DNA of 64,000 nt from the human T2T-CHM13v2.0 reference genome, Homo sapiens: assembly GCF_009914755.1 (NCBI RefSeq), contig NC_060937.1, one strand, 5' to 3'. The notes below the pieces were generated by a model, which saw nothing but the letters and a program-made list of their open reading frames with translations, was not told the DNA's origin and ran no database searches. This document shows positions 1-14,490 of the stretch, one piece after another. How positions within the stretch are numbered: the first letter of the stretch is position 1; each line of letters opens with the position of its first letter. The translations under genes were made by a program, and so were the position numbers.

Positions 1-1962
1 AGAACTTCAATCAAGGTGATTGATTGGTCTGAAAGGGGGAATAGAATGTAAATAAAATACAACCATGAGAAACCACATGTATGTTGTTGAACCTTATCTA
101 GACACTAACTGTGAAAAAGCCAGCTTGGATTATTGATGAAGGACATTCAGAAAACCACAATTTTGCCATGCTTATTTAGAGAACAGAGACAGTGGTATTA
201 TCAGCCTATAGCTCAATTGTAAAATTGGGATGACTAGATGTCCCGAGACTATTCTGTTCCTCGGCCCTCTCGACACTCACCTAAGAAGCTTCCAAATTTA
301 CCACTTCTCAGTCATTGTAAGGATGCTGCATGTCATAAGGATGATTATGGAAGATTATGGGCATGTTCTACATAGAGAACAAGAAAAGTCACAATATTTT
401 CTTTTATAAATTTATATTTTGGAATTTATATTAGTTCCCCTAACTCTAAATAACCATGGGAATATTGACAAATTTGATTTTCCAGAACTTTAAAGCTGAG
501 GCTAGACACTAACCACAGTGACTTTATCTATGTAGTAGCACACTCTACCAGCTGGGATGTCTGGATAACAAGTTCCCCAGATTGCAGCCTCCCTCCAGCA
601 CCAAGTAGGATTACGAGTCTGTTTGGTTTCATTTTAGCTATGTAGATTTGTCAAATTTTGTCACCTCTGGACTTCAGTTTTCTCATATGTAAAATGATGC
701 ATTGGCCTGAATGTTTTCGGAGAACCTTCAATCTCTGTGAGTCTCTTCACTGAAAAAATTGTTGACTTTCTTTTTTTTATTGTTCTGTTTTTCTTTTCTA
801 TGTCAAAAAAGCACTATGGTAAAAGTCTTTCAGTAAAACTTGAACCTTGGGGCTTGTTCCTGAGTTTGACATGTTAAACAAATGAAAGAACTGTTTTCAA
901 CTGATTAGTCATATCCTTCAATTCCTACGGGAATATGGGTTCGTTGTGCATGAGAAAGTCAGCCAACTTTGGCATGAAGATGTCTTTCAGGTAGGTAGGC
1001 CACCTGTGATGAAGTGAATCATTGAAGAAAGTCTATTTTCTTGTGGCATAAATACAAGCCTGAAGATTACACATAAGCTGTCATACACGTACCTCCTAAA
1101 TGCAATTCCTCAGAAGTGACATGCTATCATCATTCACATTAATGTCTATTTGTGCAACTACATTGTTTAAAATAATCAACCAATTCATCACAATAGATAT
1201 TTGGGAGGAGTGAGGGAGCTTTCTCTGTACTAATGAAAGAAATGACATTTCTGTTTACCATTTGTCAGTTTTAAGTAGTTAATAAATATCTGAAATGATT
1301 TTCATATTTTGATATGGTATTCACTTGTAAGGATATGCAATGTTTAAGAGTTATGGTGAGAATGTTTCTTCCATAACATTCAGCTTTGAAAAGTTTTAGG
1401 AAACTATTCATTATGTCTCAAAAGTTAAATGCACGACAAATGAAATGCCTCTTATTGGTTGCAATTTTCTAAAAGTAAGTATGCCTATTACTTTGATATT
1501 TAACTCAAATATATTAACAATAATTGAAAGCTTTTGAGTGCTACAGGTTGATAATAAACCTGAAAGTATAGAATAATCATCTGTATTTTAAAATTTTTAT
1601 TCTTAAGGCCAACAAAACAAAGTAAGAATTATGTCAGTGTTTCTAACTGTCCTACCCAGATCTAGCTCCTGACTGATAATTGTCAACAGAGTCAAACACG
1701 CCTTCCTAAGGCCAGCTCCACTTCTCCAAAGCAAGCTCCTCTCACTTTGCCACCCAGAAGCCACACTGGAACCTGGAATCTAAAGAATGTGTTTGCATTA
1801 TCAAAGAACTCTCCCTCTCCTAAAGGGTCCACCCTGGGATTCCATTCTAGTGACTTGACAAAATGCTTCTAATTACTCCTTAGTTAGTTCCCATAATCCG
1901 CTTAAGGACTTGTTTACTTGTTGACAGGCAGGGTAGGAATTCAGCCTTGACAGTCTGTGTCA

Positions 1963-2082
1963 GTGCAACATCATAAATAAGATAAACATTATCTGAAGTG
2001 ATCACAATGTTCTTGAACATCTGTGCAACATCATAAATAAGATAAACATTATCTGAAGTGATCACAATGTTCTTGAACATCT
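1963..2082. repeat. Perfect 2 x 60 bp tandem duplication
   Basis: gtgcaacatcataaataagataaacattatctgaagtgatcacaatgttcttgaacatct occurs at 1963-2022 and identically at 2023-2082. Confidence 0.98.
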
Positions 2083-3509
2083 GAGCCGGACAGAATCAAG
2101 CCTGCATCATCTTCCTTCTGATTTTCCAAATGAGCACACAGGAGAGGCCACTCTAAAGTCACCCTGGGAATGTGTCTGCCTCCAGCCCCATTCACGGCCC
2201 CTGGCACTGGCTTGTCATGAGATGGTGTTCAATGAATGCTTGTGGAATTGAATGAACACAATGTGGATTTACACCCTTTCCTGTCAAATAGCTAGTTCTA
2301 AAAAATACAGACCTGCACTTCAGCCATGCAATGCCTTTTAAGATGTTTCATACTCTGATGCAGAGGAAGATGTCTCTTGCCATTACAGAACCACACCGAG
2401 AAAGATCAAACAAAATCACACCAAGAAAATTCATGTGCAGATCATCTCATTTGCAATTATTGCAGCATGCACCAAGTCCAACACATTTCACCCACACTTT
2501 ATTAGCAAAAAAGAAAACACCTGAGGGTCAGCGTCTTCTCCAGGTCCTGGCACAGGACTACCTGAACCATGGAGATGTTCAGTGGGTTGTGTAAATGACA
2601 TTCCTTTCATGGAGACGAATGGGCACATGGCGTCTAAAAGCCATTTTGTAAGACATATTCCAAAAATAATTGTTTTAGTACCTTTTCAGACTGTGCATTT
2701 AAAAAAAAAAAAAAGCCCTTAGCCTCTAGGTCACATGTACCAAACAGTAGTTCATTACGATGCAATACGGCCCCGCCACACTTACTAATTTTATACCAAG
2801 AGGATGAAATGATGTTGTCTAGGGAACAGGATAAGAGGAAAGGGGTTTAGGAACTCAGAATTTTATTCTGGCTCTGATGCTAATTTTCCTGTGACCTCAG
2901 CCAAGTCCTATAAATTGTTACTATCTGCAAAGTGAAGATAATGGACAAGTCTCACAGGATAGTTGTGGAGATTAATTAGGCAGCTCATTTGAGATTCAAA
3001 GTGCTGTGAGCCCACAAGAAAAGTCCTGGGGAAGAACAAAGGCGGGGCCCACGCTTCGTTTCAGCAGGCCGGGGACCACACCAAAGGCACTTCAGGGATG
3101 CATTTGGTGGCACCCCGGTATTTGTTAATTTACTGGTATTAGGAAGTCATTATGGTTACCAGGGGTTAATGGAAAGATTGAACTTGCTAAAATGGGCCAT
3201 AGAGGCGTAAATCGAGGGCTCCTTTGTTCAAAGGAGGATTGGGCCCTTCAGCATTAAGCCTAGCTGCAGTGTGCTTCCTGGCCTTGCAGATATCTTTCAG
3301 AAATCCAAAGCAGGCTGTTGGTAGCATGAACATTTTATTTTTCAGTGAAAAATGAAATCTTTTACTTCTCAATATGTCCAAGAGAAAAATTATTTCAGAG
3401 AAAAAAAAGAGAACAAGTTAATTAGTATGCCTTTAGTGATCCTCTGATGGAAGAGTTCCATCCCTGCATCCCTTACACCTGCAGCTAGGGGGTGAATGCT
3501 CACATGCGT

Positions 3510-3539
3510 GCACACACACACACACGCACACACACACAC
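3510..3539. repeat. (CA)n microsatellite
   Basis: Direct reading; one CG interruption. Confidence 0.95.
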
Positions 3540-4161
3540 CGAGCTGAATGAGAAGTCTAGGAAGAAGCCAGCGTAACACTCAGGGAAGGAGCCCAGAGGA
3601 GTCTCCAGCTTGCACAGAAGGAACTCATGTGAAGTGCACAGCATATAGAATGAAATAGATCCCAGAGTTTTCAAAGCGAGGCTCAGCTTTGCAAGAGAAG
3701 CTCAAATGAATACAAACCAGTCAGGGAAGTTATAGAAGGAAGTGAGATGTTTGACTTTTTATGAAAGGTGTCTTTTGAGGGCAAATTTTGTGAGAGTTGT
3801 AAGAGGGAGGGAGGAGTATGGATAAAGATCAAAAGTACTACATTCCCTAGGCCTGTTTCCATGTCCCTCTCTTGGTGGAGGCCAGAGTGTGCATTTCAGT
3901 AGGTGCACTAAAATCCTGACATCTCTAACCAGCCCCGGTCGTCCTATTTGAATATGGCTCTATATAGATGACAGGCATGAAAAGCCACACGTATTGCAAC
4001 AGCCATTCAGTCCTTGAAAGAGCACTGCAATTCTACCTTGCCAGGAGAATCTACTTTGTAAAGAAGAAAGGAAAGAGGGAGAAAGATAAGAGCAAGCCGT
4101 AAATAAAGCAGGACTAAGAAATGAAGCAGGAAGATGCCCCTTGAAGGACAATACAAGATGA

Positions 4162-4663
4162 GTAACAGGGACCAGAACACGCTACCCTAGAATATGACAT
4201 GCTGGCATTTAAGGAGACAGCAGAAGCAGGAAGGTCTCTCTGACCTTCTTCCACCATTCTCCCCTGAAGCAGGCCATGAAAGAATTCTCTGGCCTTTCTC
4301 TAAAATAAGTCATAAGACTCTCATTACAGAAGACTGTTCCTTATATTGGGGGGAAAGGAATGAAGACAAAAAAACACCAAGACGAATCTGAACAAAGGCC
4401 TTGCTAAGTTCCCCTCATTTTATAACCATTAGGTCACACCCACTTTGTCCAATCATATTTCTGCATGACTGTCCAAGTCTTCATCAAACCTAAACATCCA
4501 TAGATTTCCCTGTTTCCTTGGGTCTTCATTTCTGAAGGCTCCCATGTTACATAAAACTTACATTGAATACATGTATGTGCTTTCTTCTTGTGCATCTGTC
4601 TTCTGATATAGTGAGTCTCAGCCAGGCACCTCCATGGCTGAGAAGCGTAATCTTTTCTCCTCT
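4162..4663 (+). mobile_element. ERV1 solo LTR, MER34-family-like
   Basis: Motifs tctcccctgaagcaggccatgaaagaattctctg, aatctgaacaaaggccttgctaagttcccc and gggtcttcatttctgaaggctcccatgt resemble MER34-group consensus as recalled. Confidence 0.7.
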
Positions 4664-5984
4664 AGGCCCCCTTTCTGCCCATTCCACTGGCTTGCACAAA
4701 GTATTGGAATACTTATTGAAGTGTCGAGTTCTAGTCACAGGGCAGTAGCTACCTTCTAGATGGGCATCCATTATTTCCACTTAATTCTCATGGCTTGAAG
4801 ACACACAGTATGGTCTTGAAATGGATTAATGTCTGGAAAAGCCGATGGTGGGCCTGACACTATGCTCTGCACAACATGGCTATTCTGTATCTAGACCTAA
4901 GTGCCCTCCAGAGAGAAAAGACTCATTTTTCAAGATTACTATCTCTGACATTAAGAACACTGAGCTGGGGTTTAAGGTTGCTTTCTCTCTGGTCTTGGAA
5001 TTTCTGTGGCTTGGGCTGACAAACCCTGCCAGTTGTTAGGGGCAGGGTAAGGGGCAACCATTTTTCTTTAAAGTAAGGGGGGCCTTTCTCTTCCAGCCTT
5101 GCAGGAGCCTTGGTTGTCTAAGGGGAGTAACCTGGGGAAAGATCCCAAGTGCAGGATTTATCATCACAAACACAATGGAAAGGGAAGCCAGCTCCCACAC
5201 ACCCAAGGCAGCACGAAGCCTGTTCTTCAGAAGGAACCCTGCCCTCTCTCGGCTCCAGTCTCTCCATGGGAAGCTCTGGGCTCCCCAGCAGTGTCCACTG
5301 GCTGGCCCTGTAACTGCAGCCCAGTCTTGTCTTCTCTAAAGAACAGCATCACTGTGTCATGCAAAATCCTCCAACACTTTGACTATGTCCTACCACAACA
5401 AACCTACAACATATGTACTTGGCTTTCCAGATTTCTCATAACATAGCTCTGCCCTGCCTATTCGTAAGCATTTCCCAATATTTCCCCAAACCCACTGGGG
5501 CCACTTGGGCTTGGCAGTGCATCGTCTTCCCCATGATCACGCCCTGATGCACCTGCCTGAATGTCGCCCAGCGAGTGGCTTGCATTTCCCAAGGGATCAG
5601 ACCCGTCCTGTCTCCCTACTGAAATCCTTCCCCAAAGACCTTCACTGACATTGCCATGACCCAGGGAACTCCCTCAGCATGGAATTTCTTGGCCATTTGT
5701 ATTTTTGACTCCAGGGCTTCATGTTAAGTCACTGTGTTTGCTCATCACCTTTTTTAAAGAAGACCCTGCCCATCACCCTTTCAACCTCCACCTTGCTTAA
5801 TTTGTCTTCATAGCATTTATCATTAACTTAAATTAACTTACATAGTTATTTAGTAATTTTCCCATGATCCTAGTGATAGATATATCCCATGACGGCCTGT
5901 ACTTTGTTTATATTGTAAACAAAATGTGTCCCCATTGTCTATATCTGCATGGAAAACAAGAACACAATTAACCACAAATGTTTG

Positions 5985-6535
<551 letters not shown>

Positions 6536-7470
6536 TGATGGATGCTACATCATGCATACTCAATAATTACTTTGAATGGTCAGAATAGTAAAAATCATTT
6601 TCTATCAAATGTAGGTTCTTTATGGCATGGAAGCAGGCATGCACTTTCTAATCCCACCCCCATCTCAGATCTAAGCAGGTAACATGACCCTTAGTAAATT
6701 CAGTGCCCCAGGACTAGCCAATACCACAGACCCTGTATCTGTGCACATGACTACGTGCACACGACTAAGAAAACTCTTCACCAGCTCTTCAATCTCTGCT
6801 CCATACATCAAGGAACACTTGGGAATTGCTTTGCAGGAAGAACTTTAAAAACAAAAATGATGCCTGTTAATATGTAAGTCTCTTATCAAGAAGTGCTCAG
6901 GCACATGACCTGTAGAAGCCTGATGGTAACTTGGATTTAAAGGGGCCTGGGTCCCAATGCCATTATCTTGCCAAATGACCTTGAAAAAGCCTTTAGCCAT
7001 GTGCACCTCAGTTTGGTCACCTGTACAATTATGATGACACTGGTATCTCCTTCCTAAAGTCTATGTGCCTCAAACACAGTAAGGACGAAGAGACATTAAC
7101 TATCATCATTATTAAATATCATCCACGACTCACATCCTACTTGGATGGGAGGAAGGGAGAGTTCTGAACATGAGACAAGTGGCCATAATACAGACTTTCT
7201 AGGATTGTTTAACCCTAAGGTTGTATGAAGATTTTTATCTACAATATTAAATAATGCCATTTGTATGTTATTCCACAAATAGTTATTGAGTGGCTAGGAT
7301 GAGAAGGGATGACCTACAGTGGTAGATCTTAATCCTAATTCCTCCTTTATCGTGATTTTTATACTACAGTGTTTTGAAACCCAGGGGAACACCATTGACA
7401 TTCCTAGGAGTTAGGAAAAGGAGCCGTCAGTCACAGGGGCCAGGACTGAGGCATTCAGAAACAAAAGGCG

Positions 7471-7760
<290 letters not shown>

Positions 7761-8126
7761 GAAACAAAGGCAAGATGATAACAACTGAGGGCTATTGAAA
7801 TCAGAAAGGGATTCTCCAAATTTAGGGCTATGGTGACAATGTATCCACAATCACGTCAGAAGGTAAGTGGTCCTAATCTTGCAAAGGACAGAATCTATAG
7901 AATAGATAATAAACAGTTTCAGAGTATCTTTCTTCTGAGGTGATGAGAGAACATGGGACAGGGTGTTGAAGGTATAACAACAGTAAGGGTCATGGCTTCA
8001 TGCTAGCCAGGGCTGGAACCTAAAGAAGAAGAAGACCAAAGATTGGAGAAAAGAGCTGAGTTTAGGTATTGTCTGAATCACAGAGAAGAACAAAACTAAC
8101 CTCTCCTTCCATAGTGATACTGGCAT

Positions 8127-8316
8127 TAGGATTGCCAAATAAAATACAGGATGCTCAGTTCAGTTTGAATTTCAGATAAACAATGAATATTTTTTTCAGT
8201 ATAAGTATATCCCAAATACTGCATGTGATTTACTTATACTAAAGTATTTCTTGTATATCTGAAATTCAAACTTAACTCGGCATCCTGTATTTGTATTTGC
8301 TAAATCTGGTATGACC
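8127..8316. mobile_element. MER53 palindromic hAT MITE
   Basis: tagg.ttgcc..ataaaatacaggatg...tttgaatttcagata...agtataagta / tacttatact...tatctgaaattcaaa...catcctgtattt; long internal inverted repeat. Confidence 0.88.
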
Positions 8317-8387
8317 ACTCTATCCAAGATGTCTACCTGGAGTCTCTAAAAAGAAAAGCAAGAAATGGCAGATTATAAGGTGGCAGG

Positions 8388-8898
8388 TGTATTAGGGTTC
8401 TTTAGAGAAACAGAATAAACAGGGTGAATACACTGTGTGTGCATGCACGTGTGTGTGTGTAGCGAGAGAGAAAGACAGAGAGAGAGAGAGAAAAACAAAA
8501 AACAAGAGTGGGGGGAGAGAGAGACAGAGATTTATTTGAAGGATTGACTCATGCAATTATGGGGACTGTTAAGTCCAAAATTTTCAGAGTGTACCGGCAG
8601 GCTGAAGACCAGGGAATTGTTGACGTTGCAGCTCACAGTCAAAGGCAGTCAGCTGGCAGAATTCCCGCTTCTCATGGCATTCAGGCTTTTTCTATTCAGG
8701 CCTTCTACTGATTGGATGAGGCCCACCCACACCATACAGGGTATTCTGCTTTACTCAAAGTCTGCTGATTTAAATTTTAAAATTAAAATGTAATTTAATG
8801 GAACTTAAATTTTAAAAATGCCTTCACAGAAACATCATTTGACCAACTATCTGGGTACTGTGGCCTAGCCAAGTTGACACATAAAAATAACTAACACA
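8388..8898 (-). mobile_element. MLT2 (ERVL) solo LTR, MLT2C/D-like
   Basis: tgtattagggttctttagagaaacagaa, internal (TG)/(AG) tract, tgattggatgaggcccacccacacc, and ggcctagccaagttgacacataaaa end. Confidence 0.88.
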
Positions 8899-11800
8899 TT
8901 AGGGAAGACAGCTGGCTTCCCTAATCTGGTGAATTTGAAGCAATTAACAACATATTCACGGGAATCTCATCACAGAAGGACGTGTTAAATCATAAAGCAA
9001 AACAGCAAACACATATACTGCAACAGCACAAGTGCTCTGGGCATATGCCTTGCTAACGGGAACCTTTTTTCTTTTTTGAACCGGTTGCCTAGAGATGCTT
9101 TGTTTTGCTTTGCTTTTTTTCCTTTTTTAAAACATTGATCCTTGGATGAAAGGAAGTGAAGGTTACTATTTGTTTTATCTCCTGCTCACAACAGAATGGC
9201 TGTGAGAGAAATAGTGAATTTGAAAGGGCTTAGCTTGCTGAAGCCAAGCAGAATTCGAAGTGTCTCTAGATCACTGTAGACAAAACAAGTCGTATGGCCA
9301 ACGCTTACTCATTTGGCCACATAGGCACTTGCCTGGACTCCCAGTCTACGGCTAAATTTAGCAGAACAATTGTCAGCCAGCTTCCCTGTTTGAAGGTGAG
9401 AGCTCACGGGGACAGCAAGCTCCCAGCGGGTCTTCATTTACTGCTTCATGACAAGAGGTTCCATGCTGACAGCATCTGGGGAAACCTCGCTGGGCCTCGG
9501 AGGTCCTTCCTATGGGTGATATGCCACCCACCCTGGGTCGAGAGTCAGAGAAGCGCGGCCGGTCCCACTGCTGGCTTCGCCTGCCTGTTTCCCACAGCTT
9601 CCCTCTAGTCATCCACCTACACCTGCTGCCCAGTTCCCTAGAAACCTGCCTAGTGTAAAAGGAAGCAACTCTGGAGAACAGAATGAGAAATCAGAAAGCA
9701 AGGCCCTGTCCTCTGAGTTCTGTCCTGGATGGGGACTGAGGAAGGTAAGCCCAAGCAGGGGGTGCTTCTGCCACACCCAGGTTGTGTTTATTTGTCTCTT
9801 CTGTAGATTGAGAAAAACATCTCCCTTAGCCTCCAGAGGGAGAAAACAGGGCCATATTTCCCCGAGCCATATGAGGAAAGTGGGTGATTTTGAGCTCTAA
9901 TTAGAGCTGGCTCTAAGAAAACACACCATGTGCGTGAGAGCTGCTTCTTCTCACATAACCCAATTGAGGAAATTTCCCCAATTAGATCTTGTTTCTTGTC
10001 TCTTTTAATCAGCAAGACTTTATACAATGATGCTCCTACTATACTCTCATCCAATTTGCAGATCCATATATAAATAACAATGAGCATAGTAGGAAGTGTT
10101 TTATTCTTATTTATTGAGTGCTCATCCACTTCCAGATACTGTCTTGAGGAATTCACACTTACTAACATACTTACTTCTGGAGGTAGGGACTACCATGGCA
10201 TCTGGCTTCAAAGCTCACTCTGTTCCTCAAGGGAAATCATTTTTTGGACATTTCATAGTAATAACTATTGACATATTAAGTCTTATAAAGCTTTTAAAGG
10301 TGTTTTTACGAACTCACCTTCTTTCCTCTTTATTACTACTTCTGAGATAAGGTGGGCTTTTGTTTTTTTTTTCTTAACATCCTCATCACCTCCATTGGAA
10401 GAGTGAGGGAGATCAGACTGGGAGAGGTTGAGGGATTAGCCTGGCCTCTCCTGGGTGTGCAGGTGAGCTGTGTGACTGTACCAGATGCTCTGTCTGCAGA
10501 GGCACAGGTCCCCTTGCCTGCAGTCTTCCAATGTAGTATCAGAAATCCAGTTCCCATCTTAGTGTCAAAGTCTTCCCAAATGCAACCATAAGCCAAAAAT
10601 AAATGTATACCTTCCCTCCATAAACCATTATTCCAAATTCTTCTGCTGTTGCCAGTGACAATCATCTGCCTTCTAGTCTTCCAAAGGAAGAATCAAAGAA
10701 GATGTTTCCAAAGGAGGCATCAAAACCTAATAATCATCACTGATAATCTCTCTCCTTCTTGTGCCCATGTCCAGTTGGTTGAACAAGTGCTAACCTAGCA
10801 GTACCACATCCAGCTATGATGGGGCAGGTGCAAAGATGGAGGAAGAAAGATGGCCCCAGAGATCACGGTTTTGTAAAGTCATGAAGGAGATAACTGGAAC
10901 ATGAATCATTATCAACTGAGATAGGAAATAAGAGGACACAAAAGAAGTAACATAAAACATTCTTACTAATGTGAGGGACCTCACAGGAGGGCATGTTTAC
11001 TTCCAAGGGTAGCAGAGAAGAAACAGAGAAGGCATATAGCATCTGAGCTGAAACTGGAAGGACTCAGGACCTACAAAAATAGGGCAAGGCTGATGCTCAG
11101 AAGTCGTAGTGAAAAGACAAAGCAATGAATGTTGTATTTTGGTTGATTTTTAGGAGGGAATGAAACTGAAGAAACTAGGGCATAAAGCTAATTTTTTAAA
11201 AAACCATCCATTCTTCTTCTCTGTCTGCGCCATCGTCACTGGGTCCAGGCCTTTATCACCTAAAGCTTAAAATGATGCATAACCTCCCATCTGTGCAGAA
11301 CCGTGTGGGTGACATTGATGCCATCCAGCGCTGGTGCACCCTCAGAAATATTCATAATTTATTGTTAGTCTATGTGGACTGTTCCCAGCACTTCATGTGC
11401 TCTCTTCCTTTGCTCTTGTTGCCTGGAAGAAATATTCTACTGAATTGAAAGCCACCGCTTTCCTGTGTGCTTCCATCTCAGGTCTTCTCACCTGCTCAGT
11501 CATCATAGAGTATGAGTGTCTGTTCTCTGTCTTGTGTAGTCAACATTTTCCTTACTCCTGGATTCTTTCTATCTTCATTTAAGTATCTCCAAGTCTCTCT
11601 CATTAAAAAACGTATCTTCCTTGGGCCCCCTGAGTCCCCGACCTCATCATTCTCATATTCACCCCTCTTCCACCCCACTTCCCAACATCCGTCAGTCAGG
11701 ATTCTTTCTGCTTCTTCTAATACATGGTATTCTTGTGCATACAGAGAATGCTGTTAATTTATCTTCTTGGCTTACTTTTATTAACTCTTTGGGTTTTAGA

Positions 11801-12154
11801 TTAATGATGAATCTCTGTAAAAGTGCTTAGCTAACTTGGTCCACAATTCCCAGTTTTCCTTGAAGTTTCTGTAGAATAACATTAGCTAGGGACTCCAATA
11901 GAAGCAAGCATCACGCATACAATGTTGATTAATGGTCAATAACATAACCGCATAGTTTCAGAAGTGTATTTTTGGGAGAGACAGACATAGTGTTCACATT
12001 ACAGGTGTAAACACTTGCTAACTACCATATTTCACTGAACAAAATATGGACTTTTTTTACATGCTAATATCTCTGAAGTTAGTCTTTCAATAAGAGGCAT
12101 TTTATATTGCTAATAGGCAGCATTTTAATAGTACATATATCTTATAGTTGATAA

Positions 12155-12362
12155 TAGCTCAGATTTGATTGATTATATCATGTAACCTTAGGCAAATTAC
12201 TTAATCTTTCACTGCCTAAGTTCTTACTAAATTGTACAATCTGGTAATACCCAGATCTCAGGGTAGTTATGGTAATTAAAGAAATATGTTATACATAAAG
12301 TACCTTAAACAATAATGTCTGGCATGCAGCAATTGCTCACTAAATGTTAATTATAATTATTG
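12155..12362 (+). mobile_element. MIR SINE
   Basis: tgtaaccttaggcaaattacttaatct ... tctggcatgcagcaattgctcactaaatgtta. Confidence 0.7.
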
Positions 12363-12464
12363 CCTTTTGTAGTATTCAGGGACATGAAATGAATTGAACA
12401 ATATCTGATCTTTCTCAATAGACCATGCAAGAACTGCATCTATTTTATTCTCCTGTATCCCTAG

Positions 12465-12778
<314 letters not shown>

Positions 12779-13675
12779 TATATATTTGTTTAGTGTGGAG
12801 TTTATGAGGGAAAATGAATACAGTATGATCATCCCTACCCGTGTGACTAATTTTTATTCCTGATTTTTCAATAAGAGATTCTCTTGTTTGTATTTCTGTT
12901 TTTCCAACAAGAAGTTTCCCTACCATCAACCTACAATAACTCCACCATCAAAAATCCAGTCCATTCAATCAACAAATACTTCATTTAATATATAAAAATC
13001 ACAACATCCCAAATACACTTTAAAATACTTAAATAGCACTTTAAAAAATTAAACACAAAATTACCTTTGCCCTTCCAATGTCACCCTCCAAAATCATTGT
13101 TTATTTAGTATGAATCTTCCCAAACTATTTTTGCGATACTTTTACAAGCAAGTAGTATGCACTGAGTAAAACAGTGATTGTGCAAGATGTTTAAGCTGTC
13201 ACGAGCAATGTCACACAAAACCAGGACAAAATCTCACCTGGCCAGTGGCAAAACTACCCAGTCTCCCAGGCTTCTGCCCTCATGGCTTCCTCCTCCTGAT
13301 AAGGATGAAATCTGGAGAAAGTTAGGTGCACTTATTGCATACTTCCTCCATGGGTGAAAGCTCTGGAAAAGGCAGAGATATTCTTGAGAGCTCAGAAGGG
13401 TCAGTGCATCCAAAGCACACTCAAGAGGCTCAAGATCCCCACCATGTATAAAATTTTAAATGCTCTCTTCTCCCATCTGCCTGGGATTAACATCAGGCAC
13501 GCTCTTCTTTATGGAACTACAAATTTTTCAACCTCTCTAGATGGCCATCTGGCAAAATGAATCAAAATTCAAATGTCGACAACTTTTGATCCAGCAACTG
13601 CACAGGCAGAAACTGATTTAAAGAAAGAAAAAGACAAGTGCAGGAGTGTGTATGTAAGAATGTTCAGAGCATTGT

Positions 13676-14046
13676 TTTTATTTTTTTTAACATTATTTAC
13701 TTATTTATTTCAATTAACAAATTAAAATTGTATATATTTATCATGTACAACAGGTTGTTTTGAAATATGTATAGATTGTGAAATGGCTCAACTGAGCTAA
13801 TTAACACATGCATTACTCCACAGACATCTTTTTTTGTGGTGAGAACACCTAAAATCTACTCTCTTGGCAAGTTTCAAGAATACGGTACGTTGTTATTATC
13901 TCTAGTCGCCATGTTGTACAATAGATCTCTTGTACTTAGCCACTTGACTGACATTTTATATCCTTCTACCAAACTCTCCCCAATCCCCACCCCTATCCCA
14001 GCCCCTCCTAACCACCATTCTACTCTCTACTTCTGAGTTCAACTTT
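13676..14046 (-). mobile_element. L1MA-type 3' end fragment within an older L1M relic
   Basis: aaaattgtatatatttatcatgtacaac...gtggtgagaacacctaaaatctactctctt...aaccaccattctactctct, typical L1MA8/9-like 3' UTR. Confidence 0.82.
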
Positions 14047-14116
14047 CCATAGCATCGCTGCTGAATAAAAGATATCAAAAGCTGAATTAACCACTGATAG
14101 GGGTGTTATTAAATTA

Positions 14117-14490
<374 letters not shown>

